Source: Chloroflexota bacterium
GTDB lineage: Bacteria > Chloroflexota > Anaerolineae > J102
DNA length: 48,328 bases
Reading direction: 5' to 3'
Assembly (NCBI GenBank): GCA_024224665.1
Contig: JAAENG010000017.1
Location: 1-48,328 of the forward strand
Shown here one piece after another: positions 1 through 10,021 of the stretch (the stretch's first letter is position 1; each line of letters opens with the position of its first letter). The position numbers and the translations under genes are program-made. The notes beneath the pieces are model-generated. The model made no database searches. It had not been told where the DNA came from and was given only the letters and a program-made list of their open reading frames with translations.

Positions 1-58
1 CTACCCGACCACGCGACTACCCGACCACGCGACTACCCGACCACGCGACTACCCGACC
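1..58. repeat. Octamer tandem array (CTACCCGA/CCACGCGA alternating, 16-bp higher-order period), truncated by the window edge
   Basis: ctacccga-ccacgcga x3 + ctacccga. The reverse complement is RGTCGSGT, the same family as the arrays at 34296 and 40784. Confidence 0.95.
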
Positions 59-60
59 CC

Positions 61-3000
61 ATGAATCGTTCCACCCGCATCTACCTCGCCCGGCGCAAAC
101 GCCGCCGCTTCGATAAAGCCCGTGCGCCCGCCTGGAAAAAAGTGGTGATCGTTGTTGCCATGGCTTCCCTCATTACCTTTGGCGTCATCCTCGGCGGCGC
201 CGCCAGCGCCGCGGCCGTTGCCGGCGGCATTTACTACTACTTCACCCGCGACCTACCCGATACTAGCATCCTGGCAGTGGAACAAGAGAGCTTCGAGACG
301 GTCAAGATCTACGACCGTACGGGCGAGCACCTGCTGTTCGAGTCCATCGACCCCCGGCCCTTTCGCGGGGACCGAACCTACATGCCTATCGACCAGATCA
401 GCCCCTATCTGAAGGATGCCACCGTTGCCCTGGAAGACCGCTCCTTCTGGGACAATCCCGGTGTAAACTTACGCGGTCTCGCCCGCGCCTTTATCCAGTA
501 CAACCTGCAGGGGGGGCGCGTTCAGGGCGGGTCCAGCATCACCGTGCAGTTGGTCAAGCAGAAGTTCTTCACCTTAGAAGAACAGTACGAGCGCTCTTAC
601 ACTCGCAAGATCAAAGAGGCCATCCTCGCCGCCGATCTCACGCGGCAGTACGACAAAGACCAGATCTTGGAATGGTATCTCAATAATAATTTCTACGGTA
701 ACTTCAGCTACGGCATCGAATCCGCCGCACAGATCTATTTCGATAAGTCGGCCAGTGATCTCTCACTGCCCGAAGCGGCGATGCTGGCAGCACTGCCCCA
801 ATTCCCCGGCCTCAACCCCATCCAATCCCCCGAAGATGCCAAGCGTCGCCAGAGTAAGGTCTTGGAGTCGATGGTGGATGCAGGTTATATCAACCAGGAT
901 CAGGCCGACGCCGCCTTTGCCGAAGAACTGGATGTACGCGAATCTGCTCTGGAACGCTTTGATATCGAGACCGCCCCCCACTTTGCCCTCTATGCCCTGG
1001 ACGAAGTGAAGCAGCAATTCAACACGTCCGAGGATCCCTTCTTCATCTGGCGTAATGGCCTGACCGTGCTTACCACCCTGGACGTGGACTTGCAAGGCGA
1101 GGTGACCTGTATCGCCCGCCAGCGCGTCGCCCATCTCAACCAAGAAGATCCTGACATCCCCGGCTGCACCGATCTGGAACCGGCCCCCTTCCTGGCCAAC
1201 CGCAGGGATATCGAACACAATGTCTCCAATGCCTCGGTCGTAGTCATCAGTCCTGAAACAGGTGAGATCCTGGCGATGTTGGGGTCGCTGGACTACAACG
1301 ATCCTGAGATCGATGGTGAGGTCAACATCGCCCTGGCCGAGCGCCAGCCCGGTTCTTCCTTCAAGCCCATTACCTATCTCACCGGTTTTAGCCAGGGATT
1401 GACCACCGCCGACGTAGTCATGGATGTGCGCCAGGTCTTCCCCGATGCCGTAGAACCTTACACGCCCGAAAACTACGATCGCAGATATCACGGTCCCGTC
1501 AGTCTGCGTACTGCTCTCCAGCGCTCTTACAACATCCCCGCCGTGTGGGTGATGAACGAGGCCGGTGTCAAAAATGTGGTCAACATGGCTCACCGCCTGG
1601 GCATCACCAGCCTCACCAAAGATTATTACGGTCTCAGCCTCACCTTGGGGGGTGGCGAGGTCAAGCTGTTGGACATGGCCTATGTGTTTGCCACTTTAGC
1701 CAACGGCGGTGTCATGAAAGGCGAATCGGTGCCCTCCGAACAACTCCGTCCCGGTTACCGCACCCTCGATCCTGTCATCATTCTGGAAGTGCGGGACCGC
1801 GAGGGTAACATCATCCAGGACTCCTCAGGGCTGCAAGAGCAACGGGTTATCAGCCCCCAGTTGGGGTACCTGATCAACAATGTGCTCAGCGATAGATCGC
1901 CCCGACCCCCGGCCTTTGGCGATCTCGCCCGCTATCTGGGCCTTCCGGGGCGCCCTGTGATCGCCAAAACCGGCACCACCAACGACTTCCGCGACGGCTG
2001 GACCATCGGCGCCACCCCGCAGATAGCCGTGGGTGTTTGGGTGGGCAATGCCGACAATGTACCTATGGATAAAGTATCAGGATCTATCGGCGCTTCACCC
2101 ATCTTCAACGACGTCATGCGAGTTGCCCACGAAAACTTGCCTGTGGTGGAGTGGGAAGAGCCCGAGGGCATGGTGCGGGAAGTGGTCTGCGTAGACAGTG
2201 GCAAACTGCCCACTGATCTATGCCAAAACCGTACCAAGGAGTTGTTCATCGCCGGCACCGAACCCACCGACTATGATGATGTCTACCAAGTGTTCGAGAT
2301 CAATATTCAAAATGGTAAACTGGCCACGCCCTACACCCCGCCTGAGTTGATCGAGCGCCGGGTGTATCGCGTCTATCCCTCTGTTGCCGACGATTGGACC
2401 AAAGAACGGGGCGAGTCGGGTGTTCTCGATCTGCCCCCGCGCGAGTATGATGACACCTACGGCCCCGTATTCACCGACGAAGAACTGGCCATCGCCCAAC
2501 CCGCTCCTTTCAGCTTCGTGCGCGAGGATTTTGAGATCCTCGGCAATGCCCGTAGCGGTGATTTCCGTCTCTATCAACTCCATTTCGGCCAGGGCTTACA
2601 GCCCTCCGATTGGCAGCAGATCGGCCCCGACCACTACAATCAGGTGGACCGCAATGTCCTGGAATATTGGAACACCGAAGGTTTGGAGGGCACGTACAGT
2701 TTGCGCCTGAGCGTGATCGAAAACAACGGAAACGTACGCCAGAATGCCGTGCCCATCACCATCGACAACACCCCCCCCAGCATCAGCCTGACTACACCCC
2801 AAAATGGCCGGGTCTATGTCATGGAGGATGACGAGTGGGTCAATATCAATGGCCTGGCCACAGATGAATGGTCGATGGATGAAGTTGTTTTCTATCTCGA
2901 CGACACGCCCTTTATCACCACCACGGTCGCACCTTACAACGTCAAGTGGACCATCGAGATGCAGGATCGGAAACCAGATCCCGAATTCGAGCCGGTGCGC

Positions 3001-3321
3001 GCCAGCGAAGTGATCACCAACCCCGATGGTTCGCTGACGGTCGAGGAAAAGGTCGTCAGTGAGGTGACCATCGATCCCAACGACCCCACCCGTTTGATCT
3101 GGAATTTCGACAGCGGCTTTGGCATCATCCACGATACCAATGGCTACACCGAAACACATGTGATCAAAGCCGTCGCTTTCGACACCGCCGGCAACGAAAT
3201 GGAGAGCGAACCCATCCGTATTTTCGTCATCCACGAAGAGGATGAAGGCCCCAAACCCCGCAAAGAAGCCGCCGCCAACCTCCCTCGCTTCGCCCTCCGC
3301 CCCCGCTCCCCAGCACTCTGA
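61..3321 (+). CDS. Class A penicillin-binding protein (PBP1A family) with C-terminal Ig-like domains
   Basis: N-terminal TM. Transglycosylase motifs EDRSF, GGSSITVQLVK, RKIKE. Transpeptidase SSFK, SYN, KTGT. Beta-rich tail (IDNTPPSISLTTP, VAFDTAGN). Confidence 0.95.
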   Translation: MNRSTRIYLARRKRRRFDKARAPAWKKVVIVVAMASLITFGVILGGAASAAAVAGGIYYYFTRDLPDTSILAVEQESFETVKIYDRTGEHLLFESIDPRPFRGDRTYMPIDQISPYLKDATVALEDRSFWDNPGVNLRGLARAFIQYNLQGGRVQGGSSITVQLVKQKFFTLEEQYERSYTRKIKEAILAADLTRQYDKDQILEWYLNNNFYGNFSYGIESAAQIYFDKSASDLSLPEAAMLAALPQFPGLNPIQSPEDAKRRQSKVLESMVDAGYINQDQADAAFAEELDVRESALERFDIETAPHFALYALDEVKQQFNTSEDPFFIWRNGLTVLTTLDVDLQGEVTCIARQRVAHLNQEDPDIPGCTDLEPAPFLANRRDIEHNVSNASVVVISPETGEILAMLGSLDYNDPEIDGEVNIALAERQPGSSFKPITYLTGFSQGLTTADVVMDVRQVFPDAVEPYTPENYDRRYHGPVSLRTALQRSYNIPAVWVMNEAGVKNVVNMAHRLGITSLTKDYYGLSLTLGGGEVKLLDMAYVFATLANGGVMKGESVPSEQLRPGYRTLDPVIILEVRDREGNIIQDSSGLQEQRVISPQLGYLINNVLSDRSPRPPAFGDLARYLGLPGRPVIAKTGTTNDFRDGWTIGATPQIAVGVWVGNADNVPMDKVSGSIGASPIFNDVMRVAHENLPVVEWEEPEGMVREVVCVDSGKLPTDLCQNRTKELFIAGTEPTDYDDVYQVFEINIQNGKLATPYTPPELIERRVYRVYPSVADDWTKERGESGVLDLPPREYDDTYGPVFTDEELAIAQPAPFSFVREDFEILGNARSGDFRLYQLHFGQGLQPSDWQQIGPDHYNQVDRNVLEYWNTEGLEGTYSLRLSVIENNGNVRQNAVPITIDNTPPSISLTTPQNGRVYVMEDDEWVNINGLATDEWSMDEVVFYLDDTPFITTTVAPYNVKWTIEMQDRKPDPEFEPVRASEVITNPDGSLTVEEKVVSEVTIDPNDPTRLIWNFDSGFGIIHDTNGYTETHVIKAVAFDTAGNEMESEPIRIFVIHEEDEGPKPRKEAAANLPRFALRPRSPAL

Positions 3322-3356
3322 CCCCTGACCTCCGACCTCCGACCTCCGACCTCCGA
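3315..3356. repeat. Heptamer tandem array (CCTCCGA x4 plus two variants)
   Basis: actctga-cccctga-(cctccga)x4. The first variant contains the PBP stop codon; the array ends 3 bp before the surE ATG. Confidence 0.9.
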
Positions 3357-3359
3357 AAA

Positions 3360-4118
3360 ATGCCCCATATCCTCATAACTAACGATGATGGCGTCGAATC
3401 GCCCGGCCTCTTGGCTCTTGCCCAGGCCTTTCACGAACTCGGCGATGTGACCGTGTTCGCACCAAACCGAAACTGGTCTGCCGCCGGCCACAGCAAGACC
3501 ATGCACAAGCCCCTGCGGGTGTGGACTGTCACCCTGGCTGATGGCAGCGAAGCCACCACCACCGACGGTGCACCTTCCGACTGTGTGGCGTTGGCCGGCC
3601 TGGGCCTGGTCGAACATCCGGTTGATCTGGTTGTTTCTGGCATCAACACCCATCCCAACTTGGGCTACGACGTGACCTACTCGGGCACGGTGGCGGCGGC
3701 TATGGAGGCGGCTATCTGCGGTTGGCCCGGTATTGCCGTGTCCATCGATGATGGCGAGACCCACCATTGGCAGACAGCAGCCCAGGCCGCGGTCGTCGTA
3801 GCCCAACAAGTACTGGAACACGGCCTGCCCGCCTATACTCTACTCAACGTCAACGTCCCCAATGTGCCATTCAGAGACATCCAAGGGTTTCAGGCCACAC
3901 GCATGGGACATCGCTTCTACCGGGATGTCTTGGTCGAGCGCAGTGATCCGCGCGGCATACCCTACTATTGGATCGGGGGAGATCCACCTTCTGGTGTGGC
4001 CGAAGAGGGCACCGACCTGCAAGCGCTGGAACAAGGCTACGTTTCAGTCACGCCCCTACACATGGACATGACCCAACATCGCTATCTGGATACGATTCGC
4101 TCCTGGGCGCTGGGCTAA
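3360..4118 (+). CDS. surE: 5'/3'-nucleotidase SurE
   Basis: ILITNDDG, DGAPSDCV, VSGIN..NLG..V.YSGTVAAAMEA, GYVSVTPL motifs. Confidence 0.96.
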   Translation: MPHILITNDDGVESPGLLALAQAFHELGDVTVFAPNRNWSAAGHSKTMHKPLRVWTVTLADGSEATTTDGAPSDCVALAGLGLVEHPVDLVVSGINTHPNLGYDVTYSGTVAAAMEAAICGWPGIAVSIDDGETHHWQTAAQAAVVVAQQVLEHGLPAYTLLNVNVPNVPFRDIQGFQATRMGHRFYRDVLVERSDPRGIPYYWIGGDPPSGVAEEGTDLQALEQGYVSVTPLHMDMTQHRYLDTIRSWALG

Positions 4119-4159
4119 GGTTTTTCGAGAAGAATCATGATCCAGTTCTGATCCCAACC

Positions 4160-5053
4160 GTGGTTTTTCGACCTGTTATTCCTCGCGAGCACCTATATGC
4201 CTGGCTGATTGCTGCAGGATTGCTCCTGATCTCAGTGCCGCTGCTTTTTCAACTGTTTCGCACACCGCCCGGGACTGGATTTGTGCGACTGGGAGTGATT
4301 TCGTTGCTTGCAGCGGGGTTGCTTATAGTCTTGGTTTACCGGTTGATCAATCTAAGACAGCTTGAATATTGGGTTGAGCGTGATGCCTTACGCATCTTCT
4401 GGGCAGGAGACACGGTAGTGTTGCCGCTAGGAGATATCCGATCGGTCGAGAGACAAATAGATGGTGGGGTGCTGCAAGAGCAATGGCTGCGCTGGCCCGC
4501 CCGTTGGGTTCTACCCTGGCGTACCGAGCGGGATCTCTGCGCCTATGCCACGCTACCCCCGGACCAGTGCCTCTCTGTTGTCTCCCAGCACGGTGAGATG
4601 TTGATCAGCCCTGCCGATGCCGACGGCTTTATCGAAGCTGTCTACTCCCGAAAAGACCTGGGCCCGGCCCGCGAGCTAACTCAAACCATCGAACATGCCC
4701 CCTACCGGCTTCATTGGCTCTACCATGATCATCTGGCGCAGGTGTTGTTGGCAGCCGGTATCGTGATGGGAGCGATCTTACTGGCCTATGTTATCTGGTT
4801 CTTCCCGCGATTGCCCGAATCCATTCCTCTGCACTTCGACGCCAACGGCGTACCTGACCGCATCAGCCCTCGCCGTTCACTTTTTTATATTCCCGCCATC
4901 ACCCTGCTCATCTGGTTCTTTAACACCATCATTGGGGTGGTCCTATACGAACGAGAGCGCCTGGCAGCTTACATGTTATGGGCTGTAGCCATGCTCCTCC
5001 AGGTTGCGGGTTTCATGGTTGTGCGGAATCTTCTGGCGCTGGCAATTCCTTAA
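4160..5053 (+). CDS. Membrane protein, probably a bacterial PH-like domain plus a DUF1648-like segment
   Basis: Two N-terminal TM helices, a soluble region, then LPESIPLHFDANGVPDR (DUF1648-like) among TM helices. Start re-called at in-frame GTG 4160 to avoid a long surE overlap. Confidence 0.7.
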   Translation: MVFRPVIPREHLYAWLIAAGLLLISVPLLFQLFRTPPGTGFVRLGVISLLAAGLLIVLVYRLINLRQLEYWVERDALRIFWAGDTVVLPLGDIRSVERQIDGGVLQEQWLRWPARWVLPWRTERDLCAYATLPPDQCLSVVSQHGEMLISPADADGFIEAVYSRKDLGPARELTQTIEHAPYRLHWLYHDHLAQVLLAAGIVMGAILLAYVIWFFPRLPESIPLHFDANGVPDRISPRRSLFYIPAITLLIWFFNTIIGVVLYERERLAAYMLWAVAMLLQVAGFMVVRNLLALAIP

Positions 5054-5057
5054 TCAC

Positions 5058-5344
5058 TTGTGGACATACATTCCATGTCAGATCCATGCTCACATCGTAA
5101 ACCGGCGAACCCGAATATAGGAAAACCGAAAAACCTGGTGTATGACGCCTCTACATTCGCTATGAAGGTACATCCCAGCCTACAGGTCTACAGGTCTACC
5201 GGTCTACCGGTCTACCGGCCTACAGGTCTACCGGTCTACCGACCTACCGGTCTACCGACCTACCGGTCTACCGGCCTACCGGTCTACCGGCCTACCGGTA
5301 CCTGGTCCACAAACACTCCCACAATCCCCATGTTGGATCTTCTA
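5058..5344 (+). mobile_element. Family A MITE-like element, copy with expanded internal octamer array
   Basis: Collinear with 30432..30606. Degenerate ends; flanks ATCAC/ATCAT. Length 287 = 175 + 14 extra octamers. Confidence 0.75.
5177..5296. repeat. Octamer tandem array GGTCTACC (15 units with variants)
   Basis: ggtctaca/ggtctacc/ggcctacc/gacctacc units in strict 8-bp register. Confidence 0.95.
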
Positions 5345-5375
5345 ATCATGGGTCGTCGGATTCGGTAATGCGTTT

Positions 5376-6221
5376 ATGCTAGTACAGCTTCTTATCGGTT
5401 TCATCTTGGCCGCCATCGTTGGTCTGCTGGGCTGGCGGTTGGGGGCGCTAACCCGCGGCGGTGCAGCTGGCGCTTTCCTCATCGGGGGCGCTGTCTTTGG
5501 TTTTGGTGGACCCACATGGGGAGCGATATTGGCCGTCTTCTTTGCCAGCAGCAGTTTCTTTTCTTACTTTCGAAGGCAGGATAAAGTCGGCGTTGCCGGC
5601 GAGTTTGCCAAGTCCAGCCGGCGGGATCTGGGGCAAACTTTGGCGAACGGCGGCGTTGCAGCTCTGTTAGCAATAGGCGTAGGAATTGTCACACGTGAGA
5701 GTCCTTGGTATCCTACCCTGACGCTCGCCTATTTCGGCGCCCTGAGCGCAGCGACCGCCGATACCTGGGCCACCGAACTGGGCGTATTGTCATCCCGTCC
5801 ACCCCGCCTTATCACCACCGGCGAAGTGGTAACGACCGGCCGTTCCGGCGCCGTCAGCTTTCTGGGTACACTTGCCAGTCTGGCAGGTGGAGCCTTTATC
5901 GGCATCAGTGCCTTTATTCTTATTCAGATGGCATCGCTGCTGTCTACCGGTAGCTGGTTCTTGCAGGACTGGTTTCTGATTCCCTTATGCACCCTTGCCG
6001 GATTACTCGGCTCGTTGTTCGATTCGCTACTTGGAGCAACCTGGCAGCGTATGTATTATTGCAATACCTGCCAAACCATAACCGAACAAACCCAGCACGA
6101 ATGCGGCCACCCAACACGCTCCATCCGGGGCATTTCCTGGCTTGGCAACGATCAGGTGAACTTCCTGACAACTGTAGTCGGCGCCCTGTCTGCCGCACTT
6201 GTAGGCCTCTTGTTTCTCTAG
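5376..6221 (+). CDS. DUF92 (TMEM19/VTE6-like) membrane protein
   Basis: RRDLGQTLANGG, ATADTWATELG, GRSGAVS, DSLLGATWQ, NDQVN motifs; CxxC...HxC insert near the C-terminus. Confidence 0.92.
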   Translation: MLVQLLIGFILAAIVGLLGWRLGALTRGGAAGAFLIGGAVFGFGGPTWGAILAVFFASSSFFSYFRRQDKVGVAGEFAKSSRRDLGQTLANGGVAALLAIGVGIVTRESPWYPTLTLAYFGALSAATADTWATELGVLSSRPPRLITTGEVVTTGRSGAVSFLGTLASLAGGAFIGISAFILIQMASLLSTGSWFLQDWFLIPLCTLAGLLGSLFDSLLGATWQRMYYCNTCQTITEQTQHECGHPTRSIRGISWLGNDQVNFLTTVVGALSAALVGLLFL

Positions 6222-6224
6222 ATT

Positions 6225-7037
6225 ATGACTGCCGTATCGACTGCCGTAGCGTCAGCCGTTTCCTCTCAAAACGAACGGCCCTTACTCAGCATTATTATAC
6301 CTGCCTATAACGAAGAACAGCGCCTGCCCGGGTCGCTGGAGAATATCCTTGCCTGGAAGAAATCGGTGCCGTATGAGATTGAGGTACTGATCGTCGAGAA
6401 TGGCAGCCAGGATCGTACGACTGAGGTGGCTGAATCATTCGCCCGCTCGTATGAGTTCGTGCACGTGCTCCATAGCGACAAAGGAAAAGGGGCCGCCGTC
6501 CGCGAAGGAATGATTCATGGGAGCGGCGACTATCTTTTTATTTGTGACTCCGATCTCTCTATGCCGATATCAGAAGTGGAGAAATTCTTGCCTCCCCAAT
6601 TACAGCAGTATGATGTGGCTATTGGCAGTCGCGAAGCGCCAGGGGCAGTGCGCTACAATGAACCGGAATACAGGCACATCATGGGAAGGGCCTTTAATCT
6701 TATTGTCCGTCTACTGGCCGTCCCTGGTTTTCATGATACCCAGTGTGGTTTCAAGATGTTCAAACGCGACGTCGCCCAGAATGTCTTTGCCCGCCAGACG
6801 ATTACCGGTTGGACCTTCGATGTCGAGGCACTCTATCTGGCCATTAAGAGTGGAGCCCATGTGGTCGAGGTACCCATCCACTGGTATTTCGACGCCGATA
6901 GCCGCGTGGATCCCATCCGAGACACCTGGCAGATGTTTTGGGATGTGATTCGTATTCGTGTCAACGATCTGCGCGGTCGATATGACCAACCGCCCCCGTC
7001 TCCACCTGCGTCCGAACATACCGTGGCCAACCGCTAA
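6225..7037 (+). CDS. GT2 polyprenol-phosphate glycosyltransferase (Alg5/DPM1-like)
   Basis: SIIIPAYNE, GKGAAVREG, DSD motif, AIGSR, DTQCGFKMF, FDVE. Confidence 0.93.
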   Translation: MTAVSTAVASAVSSQNERPLLSIIIPAYNEEQRLPGSLENILAWKKSVPYEIEVLIVENGSQDRTTEVAESFARSYEFVHVLHSDKGKGAAVREGMIHGSGDYLFICDSDLSMPISEVEKFLPPQLQQYDVAIGSREAPGAVRYNEPEYRHIMGRAFNLIVRLLAVPGFHDTQCGFKMFKRDVAQNVFARQTITGWTFDVEALYLAIKSGAHVVEVPIHWYFDADSRVDPIRDTWQMFWDVIRIRVNDLRGRYDQPPPSPPASEHTVANR

Positions 7038-7087
7038 AATGACTCTGTAGGCGCTTATGAAAAATGATCGACAAAGAATTGTCTATC

Positions 7088-7146
7088 TTGGTCTCTCATC
7101 TGACAAGGTGACTTGGTGGCAAAGTGATCACTTCGTCACCAAGTCA
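7088..7146 (-). repeat. Family C element (TCACCTTG-type octamers + TGTCAGATRAGAGACCAA tail), inverted copy
   Basis: Reverse complement ccaccaagtcaccttgtcagatgagagaccaa matches 34529..34560. Confidence 0.7.
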
Positions 7147-7171
7147 TTTATACCAGCGAAGTCTGGAATAA

Positions 7172-7347
7172 TCGTTGACACTATTTCCTCGTCAGATTTT
7201 TCTCTAAACCGTAAACCAGGAAACCTGAAGAACTGAAAAACCATGTTGATTGGACCTCAATACTGGCTTTGATGACGTGTTCCAGTCTACTGTTGTACCG
7301 GTACCTGGTCTACGATCAAGTCGGCACTCGACGTTTTGGATAGACAA
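7172..7347 (+). mobile_element. Family A MITE-like element, diverged copy
   Basis: Collinear with 30432..30606 (ttcc..tcagat, ccgtaaacc, gtctactgtt, ggtacctggtctac, ttttggat); about 176 bp. Confidence 0.65.
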
Positions 7348-7379
7348 AACCAGAAACAGAAACATATCTCTATTAAATC

Positions 7380-8222
7380 ATGGCAACAACTTACATCACA
7401 CAATTAGACGAAATCATCAACCTATCAGAGACAGATCAGAAAGCAGCTCGCAAAGCCCTACGCAAAGCTGTACCCAGTCTGCCCGACACGGCTGCTATGC
7501 AAACGGCCTTGGGCTTGACTTACATTTCCCTGGAGCAACCGCGCGATGCCGTTCGTGCCTTCAAACACGCCATCGAATTGGACCCAGGAGACCCGACCCC
7601 TCACTATCAGCTGGGTTCCCTGCAATCAGACATGGGACTTCTGCCTCACGCCGAAGAGAATTTGCGCTTTGCGGTTGCAGCCGAGCCGGAAAATGCCGAA
7701 TACATAGCCGCGCTGGGATTTGCCTACTACCGTAGTGACAAATCTGAATTGGCCATACAGACACTCGAAACTGCCGATGAAGCAGGCAGCGAGGATGATG
7801 AGGTATTCGCCTCTTTGGGCTATCTCTATTATTTTGAAGACAGATTCGAGGATTCACGACAGGCGTTCTCGCGCGCATTGGAACTGAACCCTGACTACGC
7901 CGAAGTCTATAACAACCGTGGCTATCTCAATATACTTCTAGGCGATCTCGTTGGTGCTCAAACCGATCTGAACCTCTGCCTAGAAAAGGACGATATCTTC
8001 CTGCGGGCGCGATACAATCTGGCGGCAACCACCTGGCTACAGGGCGATCAGGAAGAGGCCATGTCACTTTATGAAGACGCCCGCAGGCGCGACCAAGCCG
8101 ATGCTGAACTCAAACAGCATCTCGAAGACCTCGACCAGGTTGCCGAGCAACGGCCGGATGACGAAAGCGTCAAGGCATTATCGATCAAACTGGCCGTTGC
8201 CCAAAAAGCGAGCAGGCGCTAG
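7380..8222 (+). CDS. Tetratricopeptide repeat protein
   Basis: Repeated TPR consensus (ALGLTY..A...F.HAIELDP; ALELNPDYAEVYNNRG). Confidence 0.92.
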   Translation: MATTYITQLDEIINLSETDQKAARKALRKAVPSLPDTAAMQTALGLTYISLEQPRDAVRAFKHAIELDPGDPTPHYQLGSLQSDMGLLPHAEENLRFAVAAEPENAEYIAALGFAYYRSDKSELAIQTLETADEAGSEDDEVFASLGYLYYFEDRFEDSRQAFSRALELNPDYAEVYNNRGYLNILLGDLVGAQTDLNLCLEKDDIFLRARYNLAATTWLQGDQEEAMSLYEDARRRDQADAELKQHLEDLDQVAEQRPDDESVKALSIKLAVAQKASRR

Positions 8223-8608
8223 TGATATTACAGTGGTCTCGCGTGATCCTGGGCATATTTGCCAGTATCCTCATCAGCCTATTGGGTCTGGCCGCTGTCA
8301 TGGGGCTGGTCATCGCCTTTAGTGCCGCGAATAGCATCCAAGATGTACAGTCACTCTCCCGATATGGCTTTTTGAACAGCGTACTGTTCGGATTGGGTTG
8401 CGTCTGGGGATCCTATATCACCCTACGCCGGCTCAGTGTTGGCCACGTGCTGCATGGATTCCTGATTGGCCTGGGAGTGGGTCTAGTCAATTTCACCTTG
8501 ACGGACACGACATTTATCGGAAATCTGATTACCTTGTTACTGACATTGCCCGCCGGCGTTTTGGGCGCGCGCATGGCCGAACTCAACCCCAGACCCCGAT
8601 CTCAGTAA
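8222..8608 (+). CDS. Small 4-TM membrane protein
   Basis: GTG start overlaps the TPR stop; four hydrophobic helices; HGFLIGLG motif. Confidence 0.75.
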   Translation: MILQWSRVILGIFASILISLLGLAAVMGLVIAFSAANSIQDVQSLSRYGFLNSVLFGLGCVWGSYITLRRLSVGHVLHGFLIGLGVGLVNFTLTDTTFIGNLITLLLTLPAGVLGARMAELNPRPRSQ

Positions 8609-8669
8609 TACGCTGCCGAGTCAACTCCTTTCAACCTACGCTCCCCTTTCCACAGACAGTGAAGTCCCC

Positions 8670-9170
8670 ATGGCACGTGAAGAACTATCCTGGCAAGATA
8701 TCGAAAGACTGATCGACCACATCCTACCTCAGGTGGCAGGGCATTTTGATGTAATTCTCATCATTACTCGCGGTGGGATCATTCCGGGCGGCATGCTTGC
8801 CGAAACCTTGGATATCCGCGATGTATTGATCGCCGCAGTTGAATTTCCCAGTGATTCCGAGTTCGATACCTTTGCCTGGCCCACCTTCTTGCAATTTCCC
8901 ATCGACACACTATTGCGCGGGCGGCGTGTTTTGGTGGTGGATGATGTATGGGACAGTGGCCGCACCATCAACACCGTGCGGGGACGGGTGGAAGCTGCTG
9001 GTGGAGAACCACGAACCTGTGTATTGCACTATAAACCCAAAAAGTCGCGCTTTCGAGACCGCAGGCCCGATTTTTATGGCGCCGTCACCGATAATTGGGT
9101 TGTGTATCCTTGGGAGATCAACAGGGGACCTGAGTATGCAGAACGTGCGCCCAACCTGATTCTATCCTGA
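8670..9170 (+). CDS. Type I phosphoribosyltransferase (purine/Gpt-like)
   Basis: LSWQDI, ITRGG, PRPP motif VLVVDDVWDSGRT, PDFY, WVVYPWE. Confidence 0.92.
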   Translation: MAREELSWQDIERLIDHILPQVAGHFDVILIITRGGIIPGGMLAETLDIRDVLIAAVEFPSDSEFDTFAWPTFLQFPIDTLLRGRRVLVVDDVWDSGRTINTVRGRVEAAGGEPRTCVLHYKPKKSRFRDRRPDFYGAVTDNWVVYPWEINRGPEYAERAPNLILS

Positions 9171-9226
9171 GTTAGACTGAAGTCACCACCCTCTCTGGTC
9201 AATCGTTCTGTGACGATATTGTTGGT

Positions 9227-9348
9227 GGCTCATTCGGAATCTGAATCGCTCCTACTACAAAGGCCTGTTTCGTTTGGCGCACAAGCACCACGCAATACGC
9301 AACACGCAACACCTGTTTATCTAGGACCACGCGAGCTCCTGTTGAGCC
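9227..9348 (+). mobile_element. Family D MITE-like element with internal CAACACG heptamers
   Basis: Imperfect TIRs GGCTCA...TGAGCC; collinear with 39877..39988. Confidence 0.65.
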
Positions 9349-9380
9349 TTATTGGTTTCAATATGACCTTGGATCAGGTG

Positions 9381-10016
9381 TCAAGGTTCAGAGGAATCCA
9401 ACAGGCTTTCGATACGGCCAATCACCATGTCGACCGCGACCTCGTTGTACCCTCCCTCTGGGATGAGGATATCGGCATAGCGTTTGGAGGGTTCGACAAA
9501 TCGGATGTGCATGGGGCGAACGGTGTTTTGGTACTGATCGACGACCGACTCTACGGTACGTCCACGTTGGCTGATGTCACGTTGCAGGCGCCTGATGAAG
9601 CGTATATCTGGATCTGTTTCCACAAAAATCTTGATATTCATCAGATCCCTAAGCGCTTTATCAACGAAGACCAGGATGCCTTCGACCAAAATGACAGACG
9701 AAGGCATTACATGCCGGACGTTGACACTGCGCGTGTGGGTCGTAAAATCGTAGATCGGTACGTCCACAGATTCGCCCTGAACAAGTTTCTGAATATGGGA
9801 GATCAGTAACTCGTTGTCCAGCGAATTGGGGTGGTCGAAATTTAGACGCGCGCGTTCGTAAGTTGGGAGATGTGAGGCATCTTTATAATAGGCGTCGTGG
9901 GGGAGATAGGCGATGCGATCCCATCCCACCGTCTCCAGAATCCGATGAATGACGGTCGTCTTGCCTGAACCACTTCCACCGGCAAGACCCACCACTACAG
10001 GTGTTTCAGAGGGCAT
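9381..10016 (-). CDS. udk: Uridine kinase
   Basis: GLAGGSGSGKTT, DAYYKD, NFDHP, PIYDF, VEGIL, RRLQRD..RGR, VRPMH..FVEPSK. Confidence 0.97.
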   Translation of the reverse strand: MPSETPVVVGLAGGSGSGKTTVIHRILETVGWDRIAYLPHDAYYKDASHLPTYERARLNFDHPNSLDNELLISHIQKLVQGESVDVPIYDFTTHTRSVNVRHVMPSSVILVEGILVFVDKALRDLMNIKIFVETDPDIRFIRRLQRDISQRGRTVESVVDQYQNTVRPMHIRFVEPSKRYADILIPEGGYNEVAVDMVIGRIESLLDSSEP

Positions 10017-10021
10017 AGTGG

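Noticed and set aside
763-1593. Long antisense or alternative-frame ORFs (this one and many others in the track)
   Set aside because: Shadows of GC-rich genes that have strong family motifs in another frame.
3968-4159. N-terminal extension of the DUF1648-like ORF
   Set aside because: Overlaps surE by about 150 bp; GTG 4160 is more plausible. Similar over-long starts were trimmed for the OmpR regulator, pyrG, GH2, dgkA, the methyltransferase and the oxidoreductase.
5060-5368. 102-aa ORF with (TGLPVYRP)n
   Set aside because: It is the translation of the family A element and its octamer array.
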